A DNA stretch of 64,000 nucleotides from Owenia fusiformis (Eukaryota): NCBI GenBank assembly GCA_903813345.2, contig CAIIXF020000001.1, forward strand, positions 45,756,001-45,820,000, written 5' to 3'. Below are positions 25,901 to 37,900 of this stretch, in pieces (position 1 is the first letter of the stretch; the number at the start of each line of letters is the position of its first letter). The notes under the pieces were generated by a model. The model ran no database searches. It worked only from the letters and a program-made list of their open reading frames with translations, and was not told the DNA's origin. The translations under genes were made by a program, and so were the position numbers.

Positions 25901-28900
25901 CTTGAGTAAAGGTAATACTTGGGCAACCATCTAAGCATGCACTTTAATAAATACATGTAAGATGCATGTATCAACCCCCCCCCCCCCCTCCTGATGTGAC
26001 CTTTCTTTTCAGGAAATGCTCCAATGATGAATATTCCTGGGTTTACATATCCTGTGAAGGAATATCTACTGGAAGATGTCATTCAAATGCTCACGTAGGT
26101 TTAGTCCTTATACCCTCCAAATATTGCTTTCTGTCTGATGGAGCATTGTATTTCTGTCAAAATATGGTATAGTAGGCTCATAGTATATAACTCCTGATCA
26201 TTATTAAAATGTAGACCATATAACAACCATGTAATATGTATTATTATCCCACCGAACGAAGTTCGAGGGGGATATAGAGAAGCCGTCAGTCCGTTCGTCC
26301 GTCCATCTGTTCGTTCGTCCGTGTGTCCGGGCGATAACTCCAATACCGGTTGACGGATTTGGTTCAAATTTTATTGGCTTATGCCTTATGAGTGTAGGAC
26401 CTCTGCTCGAGAAGGAATTTTCAATATGGCCACTCAATTGATAACTCACACACAAGTTGACCGATTTGGTTCAAATTTTATATGCTGATGCCTAGGGACA
26501 AAGGAGTTTCGCACAAAAAGAGATTTTCAAGATAGCCGCTTAATTTCAAAATGGCAGCCATTTTTCGTAAAAATATGTAATTTTTGATAAATCAAATACC
26601 AGTGAACGGATTTGGTTCAAATTTTATATGATGATGCTTAAGGGCACAGTTGCTATGTTCGACAAAAAAATTTCAAGATGGCCACTTAATTTCAAAATGG
26701 CGGCAATTTTTCGTAAAAAACTTAATCTTTGATAACACAAATACCAGTGAACAGATTTGGTTGAAATTTTATATGATTATGCCTAGGGACACAGTTGCTC
26801 TGTTCAAGAAATAATTTTCAAGATGGCGACTGAATTTCAAGATGGCGGCCAATTTTCGTAAAAAACATAATCTTTGATAATTCATATACCAGTGAACGGA
26901 TTTGGTTCAAATTTTATATGATGATGCCTAGGGACACAGTTGCTCTGTTCAAAAATGAATTTTCAAGATGGCTGCTTTATTTAAAAATGACGGCAATTTT
27001 TCGTTAAAAAAACATAATCTTTGATAACTCAAATACCAGTGAACGGATTTGGTTCAAATTTTATATGATGATGGCTAGGGACACAGTTGCTTTGTTCAAA
27101 AATGAATTTTCAAGATGGCCACTAAATTTCAAAATGGTGGCCATTTTTCGTAAAAAAAACATAAAATTTTGATAACTCTAATACCAGCGAACAGATTTGT
27201 TTTACATTTTATATGATAATGCCTAAGGACACAGTAACTCTGTTCGAGGGAGAATTTTCAAAATGGCAGCTGAATTTCAAAATGGTTGCCAATTTTCTTA
27301 AAAGAACGTAATCTTTGATAACTCAAATACCAATGGATGGATTTGGCTCAAATTTTATATGGCCGCTATTTATCACAACATGTTTTGTTCGGTGGGATTT
27401 GCTACTCCGTGGAGTTGCTGTTTTTCTAGTTACCAATAAATTGAATTGATTTATAATCTTAAAATGTATTAAGAATAAATTAAAGTGACATCATGTTTGT
27501 TGCAAAGGTACCATCCATCAGAGTTCCATATAAAAAGAAAGCCCCAACAAAAACGACTGTATGGCAAGAAGAGATACGAACAAATGGAAGAACAGATGCG
27601 GGAAGAGGAAGAGATGGAGCAGTTCCTGGCCACATTAAGTGCCAAAGGGTCAGTACATTTATCCGAATTCATGTCCTTCAGGACACTCTTTCAATAACAA
27701 ATAATTCTTTTATCTTAGCATTGCAAGTCAGTATTATAATATTCTGTGCACAAGTCAGCTATGTATCTGATTGGTTAATTAGCAATTCAGGTGTAAAACT
27801 CCAATGAAATGTGATAAAAGTACTTCAATGAGATAATATGCAGTATGTCAAACTGTGATATATTTTTTCTTCAAAGACATATTATATATTATACTCCCTA
27901 CACTGTTTGCTTCTTGGTCTCAAGTGCAGAATTGCCATATATTTTCTTCTATTCAAAATGTACCCGCAAATATACATTGTATTGGTCATCTATAATGAGA
28001 ACAGGTGATATCAATCCTTGGTGTGAGCTACATACTCATGTATAATGTACCTCTGTCTTGATATACTTTAACCAAAATTTATTTGTGAATAGGTACAGTT
28101 CTGATACATTGGAAACATTACGTAATGTGGACAATACTAGGATTGACTTGGACCTTGTGGCAGAGTTGATACGTCATATATCTATGCAGGGTGACGAGGG
28201 AGCTATTCTGGTCTTTGTACCAGGGTGGGAAGAGATCAAGACTTTAAAGCAAATCTTAGACAAAGATGGCATGTTCTCACCCGGTAATGTCATTTCCAGT
28301 TTATTTAGAAATTCACCTTTCAAGTTTTTATTGACAATGCAGTTCATACACAGCCCATAAATAATGAATAATTTGTACAGTTTCCCCTTCTAAGATCAGG
28401 ATCATACACCAACACTTTTTATCACACCATCGGTGGGATATAGTCGTCATACTGGTAGTGGTCGTGGTCGTGATCGTGGTCGTGGTCGTGATCGTGATTG
28501 TGGTCGTGATCGTCCCGCTTTTTGTCATCGCCGTTTAAGGAAAACTGCTTATCAGATTTTCTCCAAATTTACACAAATGATAGAGGATATCAAGTACTAG
28601 AGCTGATTAACTTTTGGGCGGCCATCTTGTTTTCTGGCAGCCATTTTGAAGATTTTTCGAAAAATCTTGTCATCGCCATTTCAGGAAAACCGCTCATCGG
28701 ATTTCCTTCAAATTTACACACATGATAGAGGATATCAAGTACTAGAGCTGATTAACTTTTGGGCGGCCATCTTGTTTTCTGGTGGCCATTTTGAAGGTTT
28801 TTCGAAAAATCTTGTCATCGCCATTTCAGGAAAACCGCTCATCGGATTTCCTTCAAATTTACACAAATGATAGAGGATATCAAGTACTAGAGCTGATTAA

Positions 28901-31900
28901 CTTTTGGGCGGCCTTCTTGTTTTCTTGTTCTTGAAATTTGTAAACATAATAGGAGAACAGTTTTCCTGGTTCATAGTGTCTGCCTATTTGATGGTGTGAT
29001 CTCGTTCACGTTCTGTGCCTTGTTCATGCCTATTGTCATTTTTTTGGACAATGAAGGATCATGTCCCAACACTCTCACATATGTACTATCATTCTTCAGA
29101 CCAGTTTAGGATCATACTGTACCCCTACACTCTGAGTCTCCCATGCTAACTATAATTTTTCAAGTTCAAGATCATATCCCAACACTCTCTCATACTCCAA
29201 TCATTTTCAGACAAGTTCAGGATTATACCCCTACACTCTTATATACCTAATATCATTTTCGGACATGTTCAGGATCATACCCCTACACTCTTATATACCT
29301 GCTATCATTTTTAGACATGTTCAGGATCTTACCCCTACACTCTCAAATTAAAAATAAAAGGTATAACTTTACATCGATATTTAACAGTCTTTAGCGGAAA
29401 TATGTATTGAAGATAATCGCGGAAAACAATTCCTTCACCTCGAGGGGCTCTGCTGGGGAATTCTTCAATCACTGTCAATATAGTTAGATTCTTGCTTTAT
29501 TTAAGCGATCTTTGCCGTATTTTCTCCAATGAAGAAAAATTCCCATACATGAAATTCCTGGGGATTTTTGACTTATCTCATATATGGGCCCTCTTTGTAA
29601 TGGGTTACAATGGAAATTTCAATTTCAAAAGAATACGGTACCTACTATCAATTTCAGACAAGTTCAGGATCATACCCCTACACTCTCATATACCTACTAT
29701 CATTTTCAGACATGTTCAGGATCATACCCGTACACTCTCATATACCTACTATAATTTTTTCAGACATGTTCAGGATCATACCCCTACACTCTCATATACC
29801 TACTATCATTTTCAGACATGTTCAGGATCATACCCCTACACTCTCTAATGCCAACTATCAACCAGAAACAGGTGTTCCAGCGCCCACCTCCAGGAGTAAG
29901 AAAGATTGTCATTGCAACTAACATTGCAGAAACTAGGTAAATATTATATATAAGGGGACACAGGAATACCCCCAATTGTTGTCTCTTACTTATATAATTT
30001 AGTTGAATATCATTAATTCAATGGCAAATTCTTTAAATTGGATACATCCAAATGTGAACACTTTTTGGTTCCTCTTACTTGATGCTGATTTGAAAGGCTC
30101 AAAAAGTGTTTAATGATGGAAGTAACTTTCAAAACTCTGCAAATGATATAATTACACTCCATTGTGTTTTTCGGAAAAAGGATTGATTATGAGATATAGA
30201 AGTTATTTAAGATTTAAGATGCACTGATGTCCAAATTTGAATTTACGATGTTCTCATTTTCGTAATTTCTGTCAGATAATCTCAAAAATCAAAGAACTAT
30301 CTGACATTGAATGATGAGAGAAAAAAATATTGTGACAATTTTTTGCACATCATTTTCAGCATCACCATAGATGATGTTGTACATGTGATTGACACAGGGA
30401 AAATAAAGATGAAGGATTTCAATCCAGAGAAGAACATAGCAACATTATTGCCACGGTGGGTGAGCAGAGCCAATGCTAGACAGAGGCGAGGTAGAGCAGG
30501 AAGGTAAAGTTTTATAGAATTTGAAATTGATGTGGACAATAAACAATGGAATGTGAGAAGTTTTAGTGTTATCTTTTGCGACATTAAACCTCCGTATGAG
30601 AACAGTGTGGACATCCATGATTTTAGAAATACATGTAATTAAATAGAATTTATGAGCTGAAAATATTAAAAATTATGACAATTCTCAAAAGGTTGCCCTG
30701 GCTGAAATCTTCTTGTAGTGAAATCTTTAAATGCCTTTTGTGTCAGTCAGCCACTAACTAGATATCATCATACTGTAAATATTTAGGTTCTGAGTTTGCC
30801 AATACAACTAGCCCCTTGCATTAGGTATGATACCTCCGAGCAAACTCACTGCACCACTGTATCATGGGACTTTATTGTTTCCGAATTTCCCATGATGTAT
30901 GCTATAAGTAGAAACAATGCTATATCTTCAGAGTACAGCCAGGTGTGTGCTATCATCTGTACACAGGCCTTGATGAGTCCAAGTTTGATGACTACCAGCT
31001 ACCTGAGATACTCCGTACAAGATTAGAGGAACTATGCTTACAAATAAAGGTACTTTCAAGCCACTATGTGTCATAAAAAGAAAAGTTTACTCACATTCCA
31101 TTACTCTAGGAATCCTAAAAAATAATTGATATCTGTCTGGTTTCAATTTTTAAACTAAAAACTAAAGCAGCACACCTTGGTTTTTTCACAAAACATCGCA
31201 TGTGTGTAATGGTCAAAGTTGCTAACGAAATGGGGAATTCACAAGAGCTATTTTAATGGGCACCTTCATTTAAATAATGGAAGTATATACATGTATATGC
31301 AGGAGGGAGGGGGGGGGTTGGGTGGGCATGACAGACACCACAGGAATTTTGTCAGCATTAAATTCCTCCACCTTTTCCAATGTATCTCCTTTTTCCTCTT
31401 TTAAGCTGTTGAAACTTGGCAAGATTGAACCATTCATTAGGAAAGCTATGCAGGTCCCCTCGATGGAAGCGCTACATGTCTCAATACAATTATTAGAAGA
31501 TATTGTAAGTTATTTCACCTGTTCATAAGCCCAGAGGGGCTGTTTAGGTGACCTACATGTAAGCATACACATACATGTATACACATCTATAGGTTATAAA
31601 CTGGCTCAAAATTCAATAAAGACTCCAAACATTCATGTGTAATATATTGCATATGATCGAACAAAAAGCAAAATGATTGAGAGATATCTTGTACATGAAT
31701 GCATTTACTATATAGGATACACACAGGTATATGTGTATTGATTACAGAATGCCCTTGATGATAACGAAGACTTGACTCCTCTTGGTTATCACTTGGCCAA
31801 GATGCCTGTGGACCCTCAGACTGGAAAGATGATCTTATACGGTGCATTGTTTGGCTGCCTGGACCCTATACTCACCATAGCAGCCAGCCTCAGCTTCAAA

Positions 31901-34900
31901 GATGCTTTCTACATACCCATGGTAGGTTTCTGAATACCCATAATAGGTCTCTACATACCCCTGATTGGTTTTCTACATACCCTTGGTAAGTTTCTACGTA
32001 CCCATGGTCAGATATACATACCCTTGGTTGGATTCTATATACCCTTGGTAGGTTTCTACATACCCTTGGTAGGTTTCTACATACCTTGGTAGGTTTCTAC
32101 ATACCTTGGTAGGTTTCTACATACCCTTGGTAGGTTTCTACATACCCTTGGTAGGTTTCTACATACCTTGGTAGGTTTCTACATACCTTGGTAGGTTTCT
32201 ACATAGCCTTGGTAGGGTTCTACTTACCCTTGGTAGGTATGATCTGTCTATAATCCCATTCATGGTAGGTTTCTACATGATACACATGTACATCATTAGA
32301 CTTTGATATCTTGAATTTGAAATCCTCATGTAAAATTATATCTAGAAATGTGGTTTCAAAAATTAATAATTATATGACTTCTTGGTCAGGGAAAACCCAT
32401 AGACCCAAATTATTTTTTATAAAATCACAAAAAGTGAAATATCTTTTCTGATCATATATGACTGATAATATTACGTTTATCTAGGCATATTTTCATTTGT
32501 TTGTACAAGATACATAAGCACGGGGTACCATCGAATAATTTTGGCAACGTACCGGAGAACGACATTTTACTAAGAAATGGCAATAATTTAGCACAATATA
32601 TTTTTAACTAGAGTTCTATTTTGATTTTGTAGGAATTCTGTTGGAACCCAGTTCTGATCAAGTACGAAGTTATTGAAATCGGCGCAGACGGCCTTTACTC
32701 CGAAAGATGGTTTTTCGATTATAACTTTTCACAACATTTAAGTATAGACTTTTGAAAAAAGTACAGAATAGTCCTTATACTTTTGAATAATTCTGTTATT
32801 TCTGATTCACATGAATCTGATTTGTTTAATTAAAAGAAAAGTTTTAAAAATATTACTTAGGAACGTAACCGGAGCTGGGAACGTAACCGGAGCAGATCAG
32901 TTGAATTATTTAATCAAAAAAATTAAAATATATGATTTAAAGCACATATACTAATTTAAAAACATACGGGATTGTTCGAATGCGTATTTATTAATATGCT
33001 TTAAATCATATATTTTATTTTTTAAATTATATAATTCAACTGATCTGCTCCGGTTACGTTCCCAGCTCCGGTTACGTTCCTAAGTAATATTTTTAAAACT
33101 TTTTTTTTAATTAAACAAATCAGAGTCGTGTGAATCAGAAATAATAGAATTATTCAATAGTATAAGGACTATTGTGTGCTTTTTTCAAAAGTCGATACTT
33201 AAATGTTGTAAAAAGTTATAATCGAAAAACCATCTTTCGGGGTAAAGTCCGACTGCGCCGATTTCAATAACTTCGTACTTGATCAGAACTGGGTTCCAAC
33301 AGAATTCCTACAAACTCATGAATGAAATAGCCATTGCATGGAATACTTACTTTTGTCAAAATCAAAGTAGAACTCTAGTTAAAAAATATATTGTGCTAAA
33401 TTATTGCCATTTCTTAGTAAAATGTCGTTCTCCGGTACGTTGCCAAAATTATTCGATGGTACCCCGTGATAAGGGTAATATGAAAATTGATCCATGTGAA
33501 GGCACTTCAAGTTTAAGGGAATTTTCTAATATATCTTCAATGTTATCTGACCCAAATTAGCCACCTTGTGGTGAAACTGGTAACTACCTACTGGTATCTG
33601 GGTTATTTAAAGTAAAAGATTATCTGGGGAACTAAATCAAGCCTATATTAGACATAACTGAAAAAGAATATTTAGCTGGGTCTGTGCTTCTTACATGTAA
33701 ATACATATACCTTCTTTCTTGAGAGCCCATGTTCTCACTTTATGCAAACTTAATAGTTATGACATCACTTCCTGCTTGAAATCTTAAATGATGGCAGCAC
33801 ACCATTTCTGCAGCACAGAAATTAAGGAGCGCTACATTTTTAAATGATCAATTTTGAGCATACCAAAACATTTTCCCAAGTTTTGCTAAAATAATGATGT
33901 ATAGAATAGTTATACATGTAGCTACTATATCAAGAGAGAAATGGGCTCTTTAATTGTGATCTTATGAAAAATTAATATTATCTTTGTGCATAATCCAGGA
34001 GGAGCAGAAAAAGGCTGACCAACAGAGGCAGGAATTAGCAGATGGTTGCCGTAGTGACCATATCATGTTGGCTCGTGCCTTCAGTGGGTGGGAGGAGGCA
34101 AAGCAAAGGGGTACAGACCGTCACTACTGCTACAACTACTTCCTATCGGCTAATACTTTAAAGGTAACACATATGTTGGTTTTCTTGAAAACAACTTTTT
34201 GTCCAGCTACATGTAGCAACAATTCAAATATTTCTTTCAAAGGAGTATGTAAATCTATGTTGATTACACATTTGTGCACTGTTTCTCTGTACTGATTACA
34301 ATTACTGTACTGCACAAACTTATTAGCATTTTTAGTAATAACCTACTAATATATTAAATTATTTCAGATGTTATCTGATATGAAGAGACAGTTTGCAGAT
34401 CTGTTACTTGAGCTTGGTTTTCTCAGTAATAGAAATGCTAAACACCCATCTGTCAATGCTAACTCAGGTAAGATAAACTAAATATTAAGCTGTCAATGCT
34501 AACTCACATAAAGCATGCTAAACACCCATCTGTCAATGCTATTTCTCAGGTAAGGCATGCTACCCAAATGTCAATGCTAACTTAGGGAAGACACGCTAAA
34601 TACCCACATGTCAATGCTAATTTAGGTAAGACTTGCTAAACACCCATATGTCAATGCTAACTTAGGGAAGACATGCTAAACAACCATATGTCAATGCTAA
34701 ATCAGGTAAGGCATGCTACCAAAATGTCAATGCTAACTTAGGGAAGACATGCTAAATACCCACATGTCAATGCTAATTTAGGTAAGACTTGCTAAGCGCC
34801 CATATGTCAATGCTAATTAAGGTAAGACTTGCTAAACATCCCTATGTCAATGCAAACTTAGGGAAGACATGCTAAACAACCAAATGTCAATGTTAACTTA

Positions 34901-37900
34901 GGGAAGACATGCTAAATACCCATATGTCAAATCTAATTTCGGTAAGACTTGCAATAAACACCAACATGTCAGTGCTGATTTAGGTAAGACTTGCTGAGTT
35001 AAATCAGGTAAGGCATGTTACCAAAATGTCAATGCTAACTTAGGGAAGACATACTAAATACCCACATGTCAATGCTAATTTAGGTAAGACATACTAAATA
35101 CCCACATGTCAATGCTAACTGAGGTAAGACATGCTTAACACCCATATGTCAATGCTAACTTAAGTAAGACATGCTTAACACCCATATGTCAATGCTAACT
35201 TAGGTAAGACATGCTAAACACCCATATGTCAATGCCATTTTGCATAAGACTTGCTAAACATTCTCGTGTCAATGTTAATTTATTAAAGTCTTGCTAAACA
35301 CCCATATGTCAATGCTAATTTGCGTAAGACTTGCTAAACATTCTCGTGTCAATGATAATTTCGATAAGACTTGCTAAATACCCATATGTCAATGTTAACT
35401 TAGGTAAGACATGCTAAACACCCATATGTCAAAGTTAACTTAGGTAAGACTTGCTAAACACCCATATCGTCATTGCTAACTCAGGTAAGGCATGCTAAAC
35501 ACCCATATGTCAATGTTAACTTAGGTAAGACATGGTTACGCCCATATGTCAATGCTAACTTAGGTAAGACTTGCTGAACATCCATATGCCAATGCTAATT
35601 TAGGTAAGACTTGCTAAACACCCATATGTCAATGCTAATTATCCCATCGAACGAAGTTCGGAGGGATATAGGGAACGCCTCCGTCCGTCCGTCCGTCCGT
35701 CCGTACGTACGTCCGTCCGTCCGTACGTCCGTCCGTCCGTCTGTCCGTCCGTCCGGGCAATAACTCAAATACTGTTTGCCCGATTTTGTTCATATTTTGT
35801 ACACATATACCCTATGGGGGTAGAAGTTCTGCTCGAAAGCCGATTTTCAAAATGGCTGCTCATTTCAAAATGGCGGCCATTTTAGTGCCGATTTTACAGT
35901 AATTTAGGTGCAATATGTAAAACTGTAATAGCAATATGTTTTAAATGTAAAAAAATTATAAAGGACATTAATAATGCTACAAATGTAGATATTAAAGAAG
36001 CACATGGCAGCCATCTTGAAAAATGGCGGCCTTTAATCATCACTTTACGATTTTTGCTGTAACTCAAAAAATAGTGGAGCGATTTTGTTCATATTTGGTA
36101 TGTGAATACTATAAGCATTGCACACTGTCTAAAGACACTTTTGGTAGAAGGCGGCCATTTTTAAAAATGGCCGCCATTTTAAAGTATTTTACTATAACTC
36201 GAAAAGTAGTGGAGCGATTTTGTTCATATTTGGTATGTGAATACTATAAGCATGGCACACTGTCCTATGACACTTTTGCTAAAGGCGGTCATTTTGAAAA
36301 ACATTTTGAAAAATGGCCGCCATTTTAACATATTTTACTATAACTCGAAAAGTAGTGGAGCGATTTTGTTCATATTTGGTATATGAATACTATAAGCATG
36401 GCACAATGTCTATTTCTAATGACACTTTTGGTAGAAGGTGGCCATTTTAACATATTTTACTATAACCCGAAAAGTAGTGGAGAGATTTTGTTCATATTTG
36501 ATATGTGAATACTTTAAGCATGGCACATTGTCTAATAAAACTTTTGGGAGTAGTCGGCAATTTTGAAAAATGGCCACCATTTTTATGTGTGTTATTTTAC
36601 AAGTACGTGTGCGATTTTTCAAAAATTTTAGAGGTGGCTACTAAAAAGCATATTATTCCTTCTGATGACAACTTGGCTAGTGAGCAACCATTTTGAAAAT
36701 GGTGGCCTTTCTGGTGTGTTGTTTTATGATATTTGCTATTCGTTTGTAAAAATGCCAGTCATTTCTGTTCGATGGGATTCGCTACGCTTTGGCGTTGCCG
36801 TTGTTCTGGTTTAGATTAGATTTGCTGAACACCCATATGTCAATGCTAACATAGAAAATACATGCTAAACACCCACATGTCAATGCTAATTTGTGTAAGA
36901 CTTGCTGAACAACCATATGACAATGCTAATTTTAATAAGACTTGCTGAACACCCATATGTCAATGCTGATTTAGGTAAGACTTGCTAAATACCCATATGT
37001 TAATGCTAACTTAGGGAAGACACGCTAAATACCCACATGTCAATGCTAATTTGCGTAAGACTTGCTAAACATTCTTGTGTCAATGATCATTTTGATAAGA
37101 CTTGCTGAACACCCATACGTCAATGCTAACTTAGGTAAGACATGCTAAACACCCATATGTCAATGCTAACTGAGGTAAGACTTGCTAAACACCCTTATGT
37201 CAATGCTAACTCAGGTAAGGCATGCTAAATACCCATATGTCAATGCTTAACTAACAAATGACATACATTAAGAACACATGTTACAACATAGATAATTTCA
37301 AATAAAATACATCACTGTTATTGTCTTGATATTAAATCACTTTAAAAATGCTTGTGAAATATTCCAATTCTTTCATTTTACCCTGGGAATGCTTTAAGAA
37401 TGTGATTTCCTTACGGTAAATCTTGTAACATAAAGCTCTTTGTTTTAACAGGAAATGATGAATTGATACGTGCAGTACTATGTGCAGGACTTTACCCGAA
37501 TGTAGCAAAACTCAGGAAGCTTGGCAAAGGGGGCAGGTACATGTAGGGCATTGTAAAAATGAAATGCAGACATACACGGTGCATTTTTGGACGACTGCGT
37601 TGCAGTTGAATTTGATAGGATTGCGTAATAATTAATCCGTTTTAACTGCGAGCATAAAAAAAACAGATCTACATGTACAAGTACTGCTGTGGAAATTGCT
37701 AATAAGATGGTCACTCGCGTGTAGGCTATCGAAAAACAGGATAGTTTTACTCGCGAGCAAAGGTCTAATTAAGTCAAAACCATCTAAAGGTGCTAAATAA
37801 TACGATATTATTCATATTTACCTGAACCACCTGTGAGATCCATACTTTCACTTTCAGCAAGTTTAAAATGATCCGGGAGTACACAGCAGAAGTCAAATTC

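Noticed and set aside
28328..28528. Thr-rich mucin-like ORF
   Set aside because: Reverse translation of the (GTCGTG)n microsatellite of a HINE-like element.
29492..29921. ORFs containing repeated FRIIPLHS, suggesting duplicated helicase exons
   Set aside because: Partial copies from the acceptor array; they lack donors and shift frame.
34435..37250. Regularly spaced ~40-bp repeats resembling a CRISPR array
   Set aside because: Units are head-to-tail with no unique spacers, they derive from the adjacent exon and donor, and the context is a eukaryotic intron.
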